Below are positions 7,658 to 16,453 of a DNA stretch of 36,936 nucleotides, piece by piece. A program made the position numbers and the translations under genes. The notes beneath the pieces were generated by a model. It did not search any database, had not been told where the DNA came from, and saw only the letters and a list, made by a program, of their open reading frames with translations. Numbering within the stretch: the stretch's first letter is position 1; each line of letters opens with the position of its first letter. Source of the stretch: an uncultured archaeon (GTDB taxonomy: Archaea; Aenigmatarchaeota; Aenigmatarchaeia; CG10238-14; SCSR01); assembly GCA_964581305.1 (NCBI GenBank), contig CAZONC010000002.1, positions 1-36,936 of the forward strand. Direction: 5' to 3'.

Positions 7658-9424
7658 CTACTCCAAAGTTGCATATATTCTCCTTATACCGGCTGCTACA
7701 CTTTCTTCCTTTATAATTTTAAATCGTCCCAGCTTTCGTGTATTGTCAACATGCGGTCCGCCACATACTTCAATAGAAAAATCGCCAATGGAATATACAG
7801 AGACTTTTTCATCATATTTATGCTCAAAAACAGCTTGTGCACCTCTTCTTTTTGCTTCCTCCACTGTCATTTCCTCTCTTACAACTGGCAGTCCTTTTTC
7901 AATTTGCTCATTAACCATTTTTTCTATTTCTCTTATCTCCTTTTCAGTAAGTTTTCTTTCAAAATTAAAATCATATCTTAGTCGCTCTGGTGTTATATTT
8001 GATCCTTTTTGAACTATGTCTGGCCTTTTTAGAACCCTTCGTATAGCTTCAGCCAATAAATGTGTAGCTGTATGTAATTTTGTTGTTTGTTCTGATATCT
8101 CGCTTAATCCTCCCTTGAACCTTTTTTGAGCTCCGATCCGTGATAATTCCTGATGTTTTCTATATTCTTCCTCAAATCCTTTTTCATCAACTTCTATGTT
8201 TGCTTCACGTGCTAAATCTTTTGTTATTTCAAGTGGAAAGCCGAAGCTCTGGAAAAGTAAAAATGCATCCTTTCCACTAATTTGCTTTTTTTCTTTAATA
8301 ATTTGTTTGAATTTTTTCAATCCTTTATCCAATACTTTTCTAAATTTTTCATCTTCTTTTTTTATTTCGTCCAAAATAAAATCTTTGTTTTCATCGAGAT
8401 ACGGATATTCATCTTTGTAAATTTTGATCACAATTTTTGCTAGTTCGGATAAAAACTCTTTTTCTATTCCAATAAGTTTTCCACATCTTATTGCTCTTCT
8501 TAGCAATCGACGTAATACATATCCTCTTTCAACATTGCTTGGTGTTATTTTTTCAGCTAAAACAAAAACCGAAGCTCTTATATGATCAGCAATTATACGT
8601 ATAGCTTTTTCTTGTGCCGCATCGGGTGATTTTATTTTTGCCATTTCTTTTATTTTTTCAACAATCGGTCTAAATGTCTCAATTTCATAAACAGACTTTT
8701 TTCCTTGCAAACATGCAACTGTTCTTTCAACTCCCATACCTGTATCAACATTTTTTTGTTTAAGTTTCTCGTATTTGCCAGAAGCTAATTTATTGTATTC
8801 CATAAAAACATTATTCCATATCTCAAAATATTTTCCACAATCGCAACCGGGTTTACAATTTGTGCTACATGGCTTCTTACCCGTATCATAAAAAATTTCT
8901 GTATCAGGTCCGCAAGGACCTGTCTCGCCAATCGGTCCCCACCAATTGTCTTTTTTTGGATAAAAGAAAATTCTTTCTTTTGGTATCCCTAAACTTTGCC
9001 ATATTTTAGCACTCTCATCATCTCTAGGAGCATCTTCGCTCCCACCAAAAACAGTTACATATATTCGCTCTTTATCAATACCTAGCCATTTTTTATCTGT
9101 CAAAAACTCAAATGCCCACTTTATGGCTTCAGGTTTCCAATAATCGCCCAATGACCAGTTGCCAAGCATCTCAAAAAAAGTTAAATGGCTATCATCACCA
9201 ACTTTTTCTATATCGTCTGTTCGCAAGCATTTTTGAACATTTACAAGTCTTTTTCCAAGCGGATGTGCCCTTCCTAAAAAAAACGGTATAAGTGGGTGCA
9301 TGCCTGCAGTTGTAAATAATACTGCTGTATCCTCGGTTACAAGAGGCACATTTGGAATGACTTTATGATTTTTTTCTTTAAAAAAATTTATGTATAATTT
9401 TTTCAGTTTTTCCGAATCTATCAT
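7658..9424 (-). CDS. alaS: Alanyl-tRNA synthetase, bacterial-type core, compact (588 aa, no C-Ala domain)
   Basis: Catalytic-core motifs FTTAGMHPL, FFEMLGNWSLGDYWK, IWNNVFMEYN and VDTGMGVERT. Editing-domain metal ligands HTATHLL (HxxxH) and CGGPH (CxxxH) lie near the C-terminus. Confidence 0.9.
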   Translation of the reverse strand: MIDSEKLKKLYINFFKEKNHKVIPNVPLVTEDTAVLFTTAGMHPLIPFFLGRAHPLGKRLVNVQKCLRTDDIEKVGDDSHLTFFEMLGNWSLGDYWKPEAIKWAFEFLTDKKWLGIDKERIYVTVFGGSEDAPRDDESAKIWQSLGIPKERIFFYPKKDNWWGPIGETGPCGPDTEIFYDTGKKPCSTNCKPGCDCGKYFEIWNNVFMEYNKLASGKYEKLKQKNVDTGMGVERTVACLQGKKSVYEIETFRPIVEKIKEMAKIKSPDAAQEKAIRIIADHIRASVFVLAEKITPSNVERGYVLRRLLRRAIRCGKLIGIEKEFLSELAKIVIKIYKDEYPYLDENKDFILDEIKKEDEKFRKVLDKGLKKFKQIIKEKKQISGKDAFLLFQSFGFPLEITKDLAREANIEVDEKGFEEEYRKHQELSRIGAQKRFKGGLSEISEQTTKLHTATHLLAEAIRRVLKRPDIVQKGSNITPERLRYDFNFERKLTEKEIREIEKMVNEQIEKGLPVVREEMTVEEAKRRGAQAVFEHKYDEKVSVYSIGDFSIEVCGGPHVDNTRKLGRFKIIKEESVAAGIRRIYATLE

Positions 9425-9522
9425 AAATTGGAATTGCTAATTTGAAAATTTAAATAATTATTAAAACCACCTCTTCGAGTAGTTCTAAATTTATTACTAT
9501 TTCTTTTGACTAGGTTTTAAAC

Positions 9523-9897
9523 ATGGAAGAAAAAAAGCTGTTATACATTGCATTAACAAGTGCTATAATTGGTATATTGTCCCTATTTTTCATATCTAGC
9601 CATTTATCATCCAACCAAATACCTATTTCACAAATAACGCCAGAATATGAAGGCTCGAATGTAAGAATTTGTGGAAAAATAACTTCTAAAACTGTAACAA
9701 GTGCTGGACATGTTTTTTTAACTATTAAAGATAATAGCGGGAGTATAAAAGTTGTGGCATTTAATGATACAGCAGAAAAGCTTGGCATTTATTATTTAGA
9801 AAAATATGATAACATTTGCGTTTCTGGTAAGGTAAAGGAATATAAAGGCGAACTTGAAGTTTTGCTTTCCAAAAATAGCAAAATCGAGATGAAATGA
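9523..9897 (+). CDS. Membrane-anchored OB-fold (tRNA_anti-like) protein
   Basis: N-terminal TM helix, then VRICGKITSKTV...HVFLTIKDNSGSIKVVAF...ICVSGKVKEYKGELEV, a typical OB-fold nucleic-acid-binding pattern. Its stop overlaps the next start (ATGA). Confidence 0.5.
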   Translation: MEEKKLLYIALTSAIIGILSLFFISSHLSSNQIPISQITPEYEGSNVRICGKITSKTVTSAGHVFLTIKDNSGSIKVVAFNDTAEKLGIYYLEKYDNICVSGKVKEYKGELEVLLSKNSKIEMK

Positions 9898-11126
9898 TGT
9901 TTTTGGAAATTTTGCTATTCGCTTTAATTGGAATAGCTGCTGGTACTTTTACAGGACTTGTGCCTGGAATTCATACAAATACGCTTTGTGCACTAATTCT
10001 TGGTATAACACCATCATTAATTGGTTTTGGCTTACACCCACATGGAATAATTGTTTTAATAATTTCAATGGTTGTTACCCACACAGTAATTGATTTTATT
10101 CCAAGCATCTTCCTGGGTGCACCAGATGATGCAACAGCATTATCCGTATTACCTGGGCATAGAATGGTTCTGGATGGTAAAGGGCTTGAAGCGGTTTATC
10201 TTACAGTGATAGGGGGTGTTGGAGTTGTTTTTCTCTATATTTTACTTTTACCGCTTCTTTTAAAAATTATTCCAATTTTTTATTCGTGGATAAAAAGTTA
10301 CATTCATTTTGTTCTCTCAGGGATTGCTTTTTTAATGATTGCAATAGAAAGAAAAATTAAAAAACTTTTTTCGCTTTTCATTTTCCTTTTATCCGGAACT
10401 TTTGGATTTTTGATATTAAATAATTCTTTTCTCCCTTCAACATATGTCTTTTTTCCAATTTTTACTGGTATGTTTGGCATTTCCACTTTACTCATAAGCT
10501 TAAATAAAAAAGCAAAAATTCCTAAACAGAAGAAAGATATAGAAAAAATTGATAAGAAAATTGCAGTTTTTGGAACTATTAAGGCTTTCTTTTCAGGACT
10601 ATTGGTTGGTATTTTACCTGGAATTGGATCTGCGCAAGCCACTATTCTTTCGCAACAACTTACTAGATCAACAAATGAAATGCACAATACAAAAGAATTT
10701 TTAGTTTGCATTGGAGGTATAAACACAGCTAATGCGCTATTTGCACTTACATCATTATATTCTATTGGAAAACCAAGATCCGGAGCTGCCATAACCATTC
10801 AAAAAATTCTTGAAACTTTTGGAATGAATGAACTTCTTCTACTTATAGCATCTAGTTTAATTGCAGTTGGTGTTGCGTCAATTCTTACCTTAAAAATCAG
10901 TAAAAAAATTGCATTGTTATTGGAAAAATGCCCATATCATAAACTTTCATTGTTCATTATAATTTTCTTTCTTATACTTACAATTTATTTTACAGGCTTT
11001 GTTGGGTTGTTGATTTTATTTACCTCCACTGCGATTGGTTTGCTTCCGCCCTTGCTTGGTACTAAACGAAGTATTTGCATGGGTGTGATAATGTTACCAG
11101 TTATACTATACTATTTTGGATTTTAG
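9894..11126 (+). CDS. Polytopic membrane protein, TctA/DUF112-like
   Basis: About 10 hydrophobic segments. Internally duplicated signature GLVPGIHTNT / GILPGIGSAQAT, reminiscent of the TctA family. Confidence 0.5.
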   Translation: MMFLEILLFALIGIAAGTFTGLVPGIHTNTLCALILGITPSLIGFGLHPHGIIVLIISMVVTHTVIDFIPSIFLGAPDDATALSVLPGHRMVLDGKGLEAVYLTVIGGVGVVFLYILLLPLLLKIIPIFYSWIKSYIHFVLSGIAFLMIAIERKIKKLFSLFIFLLSGTFGFLILNNSFLPSTYVFFPIFTGMFGISTLLISLNKKAKIPKQKKDIEKIDKKIAVFGTIKAFFSGLLVGILPGIGSAQATILSQQLTRSTNEMHNTKEFLVCIGGINTANALFALTSLYSIGKPRSGAAITIQKILETFGMNELLLLIASSLIAVGVASILTLKISKKIALLLEKCPYHKLSLFIIIFFLILTIYFTGFVGLLILFTSTAIGLLPPLLGTKRSICMGVIMLPVILYYFGF

Positions 11127-11467
11127 CATGTAACATGCATATATCCAACAACTTTTTTATTTTTTCGAATAAGTTCATTAAATTTATTAATCGCTTTTGG
11201 TGTCGGCAAACAAATTATTTCCACATTTTTTTCTTTTGCAGCTTTAATTGCAGAAGGCGAAATTTCGCATGCACCATATTGGCCAGTACCGATAACTATT
11301 ATTTCTGGATGTTCTTCTAAAAGAATATTAATTTCTTTTTCTGAAATTAAGTGTCGTTCATACATACTTGCCTCCTCTACTTTTCCTTTATAACTCAAAA
11401 TTACATCCGAATTATACATTTTTTTATTAACTACAATTGAACCAAATTCTGTACTATCAATTTGCAT
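11123..11467 (-). CDS. Mth938-domain (DUF498) protein
   Basis: 114 aa with the pattern PEIIVIGTGQYG...NVEIICLPTPKAINKFNEL characteristic of Mth938-like proteins. Confidence 0.6.
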   Translation of the reverse strand: MQIDSTEFGSIVVNKKMYNSDVILSYKGKVEEASMYERHLISEKEINILLEEHPEIIVIGTGQYGACEISPSAIKAAKEKNVEIICLPTPKAINKFNELIRKNKKVVGYMHVTC

Positions 11468-11488
11468 ATTTTAAAATTAAGAAAAAAT

Positions 11489-14362
11489 CTAAATTAACTT
11501 TTCGAAAGCGATTTCAATTTGCACATTCTCAAATTTTATACTTCCCTTATATCGACCTTCTAATTTACCCACATATACTTTTTTTGCGCCAACTTCCTTT
11601 TCAAACACTTTTTCATTTTTCTTTAAAATCTGATTTGTTCTTTCATCAGAATTTAAAGTCAAAATGATATATTCGCTTACATTAAACTTATTTTCTTTTC
11701 TCAATTGTTGAACTGCACGTATAACTTCTCTTACCAGTGCTTCCTCTAAAAGTTCTTTATCCAGTTCTTTATCAATTAAGATTTTTCCAAAATTAAAATC
11801 TGCTTCGGCAAAATCGCCTTGTGGTTTTTCCTTCACAATTTTTATCTCTTTGCAGTTGCACATATTCAGTAGAATTTCCTTCAATTTGTTTGCGGCTGAA
11901 ATAGCTTTTTTATTTTCTGTAAATATGTAAACACTTTTTATTGGCCAGCGTAATTTGATTCCTGCGCTCTGCCTTGCGGCTGCACATGCCTCGACCATTT
12001 TTTTCACAATTTCCATATCTTCCTCAATTTTTTTGTTTATACGCTTTTTATCCACTTTTGGCCAATCGCTTAAATGAACCGATTCTTCACCTTTTTTAAA
12101 CTTTAACACAATATTTTGATAAATTTCTTCAGCAAGAAATGGACAAAATGGCGCCAAAATTTTAACTAAATTTTCTGTTACAGTTAAAAGTGTGTAAAAA
12201 GCTGCATATTTATCTTTCCCTTCATACGTTGGCCAAACTCTATCTCTTATTATCTTAACGTACCAACGTGAGAAATCATTTATAATAAAATCTAAAATTT
12301 CTTTTGCGGCCTCATGCGCATTGTATTTTTTAAAGTTGTTTGTCACATGTTCAATGACCGCATTGAGTCGTGAGAGTATCCATTTGTCTTCATTTTTTAA
12401 TTGTGTTGATTTGCCATTTTTTTCCACATACATTTTTACAAAATTAAAAACATTTTTCACAATTATGAAAGATTTAGCAATTTTTTCAACATCTTCCCAT
12501 TTGAAATAAAAGTCATCCCACGGAGTATTTGATAAAAAGTAAAATCTGAGAACATCACGTCCATATTTCGCTATAATTTCCTCTGGCATAACAACATTTC
12601 CTTTTGATTTAGACATTTTTACACCGTGTGCATCCAGTACAAAGCCATGGAAAAGAACATTTTCAAAAGAAAATCTACCAAAAGTTATGAAACTTGTTAT
12701 TGCAAGCGAATTCCACCAGCCTCTAATCTGATCAGGACCCTCTGTAATAAAAATAACAGGCCACATTTTCTTGAAGAGTTTTTTATTTTTTGGGTAACCA
12801 AGGCTTGCCCATGGTGCTACACCGGAATCGAACCACACATCCAAAATATCCGGTACTCTTTTCATTTTTCCTCCACATTTGCAATCCAAAATTACTTTGT
12901 CAATGTGTGGTTTGTGTAAATCACTTAACTTAATTGGTAGTTCATCGGCTGATCCAATTACTTTTATATTTTTACATTTTTCGCAAACCCAAATCGGTAA
13001 AGGTATTCCCCAGTATCTTTGTCTGGATATTGGCCAATCACCAAGATTTTCTAGCCAGTTTTGAAATCTTTGTCCAGCCCATTTCGGAACCCAATTTATT
13101 TTTTTATTTAATTCAATAAGATCCTTCCTTATTTCTGTAATTTTGAAAAACCATTGCGGAACAGCGATCATTATTAGGGGCGATTCACATCTCCAGCATA
13201 AAGGATAATCGTGTGTTATTTTTTCCTCATAAAATAGTAACCCTCTTTTTCTTAATTCATCAATTATCAATTTATCTGCGTTTTTTACATACATCCCAGA
13301 AAATGGTCCACACTCCTCAGTAAATGTACCATCTAGTTTAACTGGTGATGGAGAAGGTAATCCATTCTCCATACCTACTTTAAAATCTTCTTGTCCGTGC
13401 CCTGGTGCACAATGTACAAGACCTGTTCCTTCATCTAAACTCACAAATTGATCGGATAAAACAACTCTATATGCATTTGTTAAATTTTTTTGAAATGGAA
13501 ACAAATCGTATAGAGGATGGTTATATTTTATTCCTTCCAAATCCTTTCCTTTTACGCTCTCAATTATTTCATAATTTTTTATTTCAGCCTTTTCCATTGT
13601 TTTTTCAAGAAGATCCTTTGCAAGAATTAATATTTCGTCCGCGATTTTAACTTTAACATATTCTGCGTCTGGCTTGGCCATTATACCTGTATTTGCAGGG
13701 ATTGTCCATGGTGTGGTTGTCCATATTAGTAAAAATTGCTTTTCTTTATCCTTAACAGGAAATTTAACATAAATAGATGGATCTGTTACTTGTGTATATT
13801 CAATTTCATTGTACGCAACCACCGTTTCGCAATGCGGACAAACATGAACTGGATATACACCTTTATATAAGTATCCTTTTTTAAATCCTTCTTTAAAAGT
13901 AAACCATGCACCTTCAATATAATCATTTGTTAATGTAAGATATGGATTTTCCCAGTCCATCCATACTCCTAAATTTTTAAACTGATTACTCATTATACCG
14001 ATATATTGAGTTGCAAATTTTTTGCATTCATCAATAAATTTTTCCACACCAAATTTTTCTATATCCTTCTTATTTCTGAAATTGAGCTTTTGCTCAATGC
14101 TATTTTCTATTGGCACACCATGACAATCGAATCCTGGTCGGTCCCAAACATTATAACCAAACATCCTTAGAAATCGTAAATAGCAATCTTTTATAATTTT
14201 GTTAAGTGCAGTTCCCATGTGTATCGATCCAGTAGCATAGGGTGGACCATCAAGAAAATAAAATGTTTTTCCACGTTTACGCTTTTCTTTAACTTTTTGA
14301 TATATTTTTTCCCTTTCCCAAAACTCCATTATTTTTTCTTCTATTTCTTTCAAATTGTTCAT
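11489..14362 (-). CDS. ileS: Isoleucyl-tRNA synthetase
   Basis: DGPPYATGSIHMGTALNKIIKD (archaeal IleRS HIGH region), WPISRQRYWGIPLPIW, KMSKSKGN, and an editing-domain insertion. At 957 aa it is on the short side for IleRS. Confidence 0.88.
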   Translation of the reverse strand: MNNLKEIEEKIMEFWEREKIYQKVKEKRKRGKTFYFLDGPPYATGSIHMGTALNKIIKDCYLRFLRMFGYNVWDRPGFDCHGVPIENSIEQKLNFRNKKDIEKFGVEKFIDECKKFATQYIGIMSNQFKNLGVWMDWENPYLTLTNDYIEGAWFTFKEGFKKGYLYKGVYPVHVCPHCETVVAYNEIEYTQVTDPSIYVKFPVKDKEKQFLLIWTTTPWTIPANTGIMAKPDAEYVKVKIADEILILAKDLLEKTMEKAEIKNYEIIESVKGKDLEGIKYNHPLYDLFPFQKNLTNAYRVVLSDQFVSLDEGTGLVHCAPGHGQEDFKVGMENGLPSPSPVKLDGTFTEECGPFSGMYVKNADKLIIDELRKRGLLFYEEKITHDYPLCWRCESPLIMIAVPQWFFKITEIRKDLIELNKKINWVPKWAGQRFQNWLENLGDWPISRQRYWGIPLPIWVCEKCKNIKVIGSADELPIKLSDLHKPHIDKVILDCKCGGKMKRVPDILDVWFDSGVAPWASLGYPKNKKLFKKMWPVIFITEGPDQIRGWWNSLAITSFITFGRFSFENVLFHGFVLDAHGVKMSKSKGNVVMPEEIIAKYGRDVLRFYFLSNTPWDDFYFKWEDVEKIAKSFIIVKNVFNFVKMYVEKNGKSTQLKNEDKWILSRLNAVIEHVTNNFKKYNAHEAAKEILDFIINDFSRWYVKIIRDRVWPTYEGKDKYAAFYTLLTVTENLVKILAPFCPFLAEEIYQNIVLKFKKGEESVHLSDWPKVDKKRINKKIEEDMEIVKKMVEACAAARQSAGIKLRWPIKSVYIFTENKKAISAANKLKEILLNMCNCKEIKIVKEKPQGDFAEADFNFGKILIDKELDKELLEEALVREVIRAVQQLRKENKFNVSEYIILTLNSDERTNQILKKNEKVFEKEVGAKKVYVGKLEGRYKGSIKFENVQIEIAFEKLI

Positions 14363-14471
14363 AAATTCACCTTAGAAAAATAAGTAAATAAAATTTTAAA
14401 ATTAGACAATCCGAGTATCACCCACGCTCCTCACTTAAATAAATTAAATAAATTTTTTAAATTTTTTTATG

Positions 14472-14861
14472 TTAAATTAAAATTCCCTTTTCAATAATGA
14501 AAAAATCTGTTATTATGTGAACAATAAACCCTAGGATCATCAGAATTAAAAACATAGTCAAATTGATTTGTTTAATTTTCTTTCCACGATAAACAAAATA
14601 AACCAAATATAAAATAACAAATGGTATCATCCATATAATTTGCAAGTTCAATATTTCATGAAAAGATTTCCAAGCAAATGATTGTAAAATCACATGATAG
14701 TCTAAAGATCTAACTAATATTGCTGCATAACAAGTGCTCATAATGTCTGGTAAAAAAATTCCAAAAAATATGGCACATGAATATTTTACGTTTCTAAAAA
14801 ACTTAAATACAACTATTCCACAAACTATTCCTATAACCGCGTGAATTAATAATCCTGCCAT
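14472..14861 (-). CDS. Small integral membrane protein (possibly a DUF457-like membrane-bound hydrolase)
   Basis: Four hydrophobic segments, with His/Asp residues near helix ends (LLIHAV, VHIITDFF). The family assignment is weak. Confidence 0.35.
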   Translation of the reverse strand: MAGLLIHAVIGIVCGIVVFKFFRNVKYSCAIFFGIFLPDIMSTCYAAILVRSLDYHVILQSFAWKSFHEILNLQIIWMIPFVILYLVYFVYRGKKIKQINLTMFLILMILGFIVHIITDFFIIEKGILI

Positions 14862-14901
14862 TTATATAAAATTATTTTTGAAGTAATTAATAGTGAGGAA
14901 A

Positions 14902-16188
14902 ATGAAATTTCAACCTCCAAAAGGAACAAGAGATTTTTTGCCTAAGGAAATGATTTTGCGTGAATATATTATTCAGAAAATTAAGAATACTTTCGAATGT
15001 TATGGTTTTGAACCTATAGAAAGCCCTGCAATTGAAAATTTAAAAATATTGGAGGCGAAGTGTGGAAGTGATATAAAAGAACAAATTTTTAAATTTGAGG
15101 ATAAGGCCGGTCGAAAAATTGGATTAAGATTCGATTTAACTGTACCTTTGGCAAGAATAGTTGCAAACAACCCCCAATTACCTAAACCCCTTAAAGTTTA
15201 TCAAATATCTAGAGTTTGGAGATATGAAGAAGTAAAACGTGGACGAAAGCGCGAGTTTTGGCAAGCAGACATTGACATCATTGGCTCTGATAAGGTAGAT
15301 GCAGAAGTAGAGTGCATGGCCTGTGCTATCGATTGTCTTCGAAATTTAGGATTTGAAAATTTGAGAATAAGAATTAATAATAGAAAAATTTTGGATGGAA
15401 TATTGGAAGTGATGGGTGTAGATAGAGAAAAATATCTTGATATTTTTAGATTGATTGATAAGTTAGAAAAAGTTGGCCAAGCAAAAGTCATTTCTGAACT
15501 TGAAAAATTATTAAGTCCTGATAAAGTAAAAAAACTGATGAAATTTATTACAATTAGAGGTAATTCAAAAGATATTATAAATAAAGGCAAAAAAATATTG
15601 AAGAATAGTAAAATGGGAATTGAAGGATTGAATGAACTTGAAGAAATAATTAGAATTGCTAAAATATATAATATTTCAGATTTAATTGATATCGATTTTA
15701 GTCTTGCTCGTGGGCTTGATTATTATACAGGTCCAATTTTCGAAATTCCGAGTAAAATTGGTGCAATTGCTGGTGGTGGAAGGTATGATACTTTGGTTCA
15801 GATTCTGGGTGGTCGACCAACCCCTGCAACGGGTATTTCACTTGGCATTGAAAGAATAGCTGAAATTTTAAAAGAAAAAGATTTGAATCTACCAAAAACA
15901 AAAGTTAAAATTTTCATTGCAAATGTCAATGAGGATGTTAAATCTTATGCAATTAAAATTGCACAAAAACTAAGAAAAAATGGAATTTCTTGTCAAACCG
16001 ATTTACTTGGCAGGAACTTAACAAAACAACTTGAATTTGCCAATTCTATTGGAATTCCGTATGTTATCATAGTTGGCCCTAAAGAAATCAAAAGCAAAAA
16101 ATATAAATTTAGAGATATGGCAAAGAAAACTGAAAAAAGTTTAGGCCTAAATGATATAGTTAAGTTAGTGAAGGGTAATAAGAACTGA
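14902..16188 (+). CDS. hisS: Histidyl-tRNA synthetase
   Basis: PKGTRDFLP N-terminal motif, class II motifs (RYEEVKRGRKREFWQADID, GGGRYD) and a C-terminal anticodon-binding domain. ATG 14902 is preceded by GTGAGGAA. The ORF track starts at GTG 14893. Confidence 0.9.
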   Translation: MKFQPPKGTRDFLPKEMILREYIIQKIKNTFECYGFEPIESPAIENLKILEAKCGSDIKEQIFKFEDKAGRKIGLRFDLTVPLARIVANNPQLPKPLKVYQISRVWRYEEVKRGRKREFWQADIDIIGSDKVDAEVECMACAIDCLRNLGFENLRIRINNRKILDGILEVMGVDREKYLDIFRLIDKLEKVGQAKVISELEKLLSPDKVKKLMKFITIRGNSKDIINKGKKILKNSKMGIEGLNELEEIIRIAKIYNISDLIDIDFSLARGLDYYTGPIFEIPSKIGAIAGGGRYDTLVQILGGRPTPATGISLGIERIAEILKEKDLNLPKTKVKIFIANVNEDVKSYAIKIAQKLRKNGISCQTDLLGRNLTKQLEFANSIGIPYVIIVGPKEIKSKKYKFRDMAKKTEKSLGLNDIVKLVKGNKN

Positions 16189-16208
16189 TAAAAAAATTTT
16201 TATTACTT

Positions 16209-16307
16209 TTATTCGAAGTCATTTATTTCTAGGCCACAATTCGTACAGATTCTTCTTCCTCTATTTCGCAAATAATTTCTGCTGCCACATTCTATGCATC
16301 TTCTCAT
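16209..16307 (-). CDS. Unannotated 32-aa zinc-ribbon mini-protein (TFIIB-type CxxC...CxxC)
   Basis: My translation is MRRCIECGSRNYLRNRGRRICTNCGLEINDFE*. There is an AGGA 5 nt upstream of the ATG. The ORF is below the size cut-off of the ORF track. The pattern resembles the N-terminal Zn ribbon of TFB/TFIIB. Confidence 0.4.
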   Translation of the reverse strand: MRRCIECGSRNYLRNRGRRICTNCGLEINDFE

Positions 16308-16453
16308 CTGTATCCTTTTAAAGAAATAAATAAAAGAAATAAAAAGTTTTCTTTTCTTGAAAAGATATTTTACAAAAAAAACTTTTGAATTTTAAATTTT
16401 TAAAAGAAAAAGTTTAAAATTTATAAAAATTATAGTTTTAAAGAGCTGATTGA

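Noticed and set aside
10304-10798. 164-aa minus-strand ORF inside the TctA-like gene. Similar long antisense ORFs occur at 22340-22972, 25899-26483, 29788-30219, 30220-30606, 33566-34234 and 16837-17163.
   Set aside because: Each lies entirely antisense to a gene with clear conserved motifs. Their translations are low-complexity (Ser/Ile/Phe/Lys-rich), as expected from the complement of AT-rich codons. These are shadow ORFs, not genes.
3056-16188. Four aminoacyl-tRNA synthetase genes (leuS, alaS, ileS, hisS) within 13 kb, considered as a possible functional aaRS island.
   Set aside because: They lie on different strands, are separated by unrelated genes and share no promoter. In a small, housekeeping-dense genome this clustering may well be chance.
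16308-16453. AT-rich spacer with short repeats such as aaagaaataaa.
   Set aside because: This is low-complexity A/T sequence typical of divergent archaeal promoter regions. The repeats are too short and degenerate to count as a structured element.
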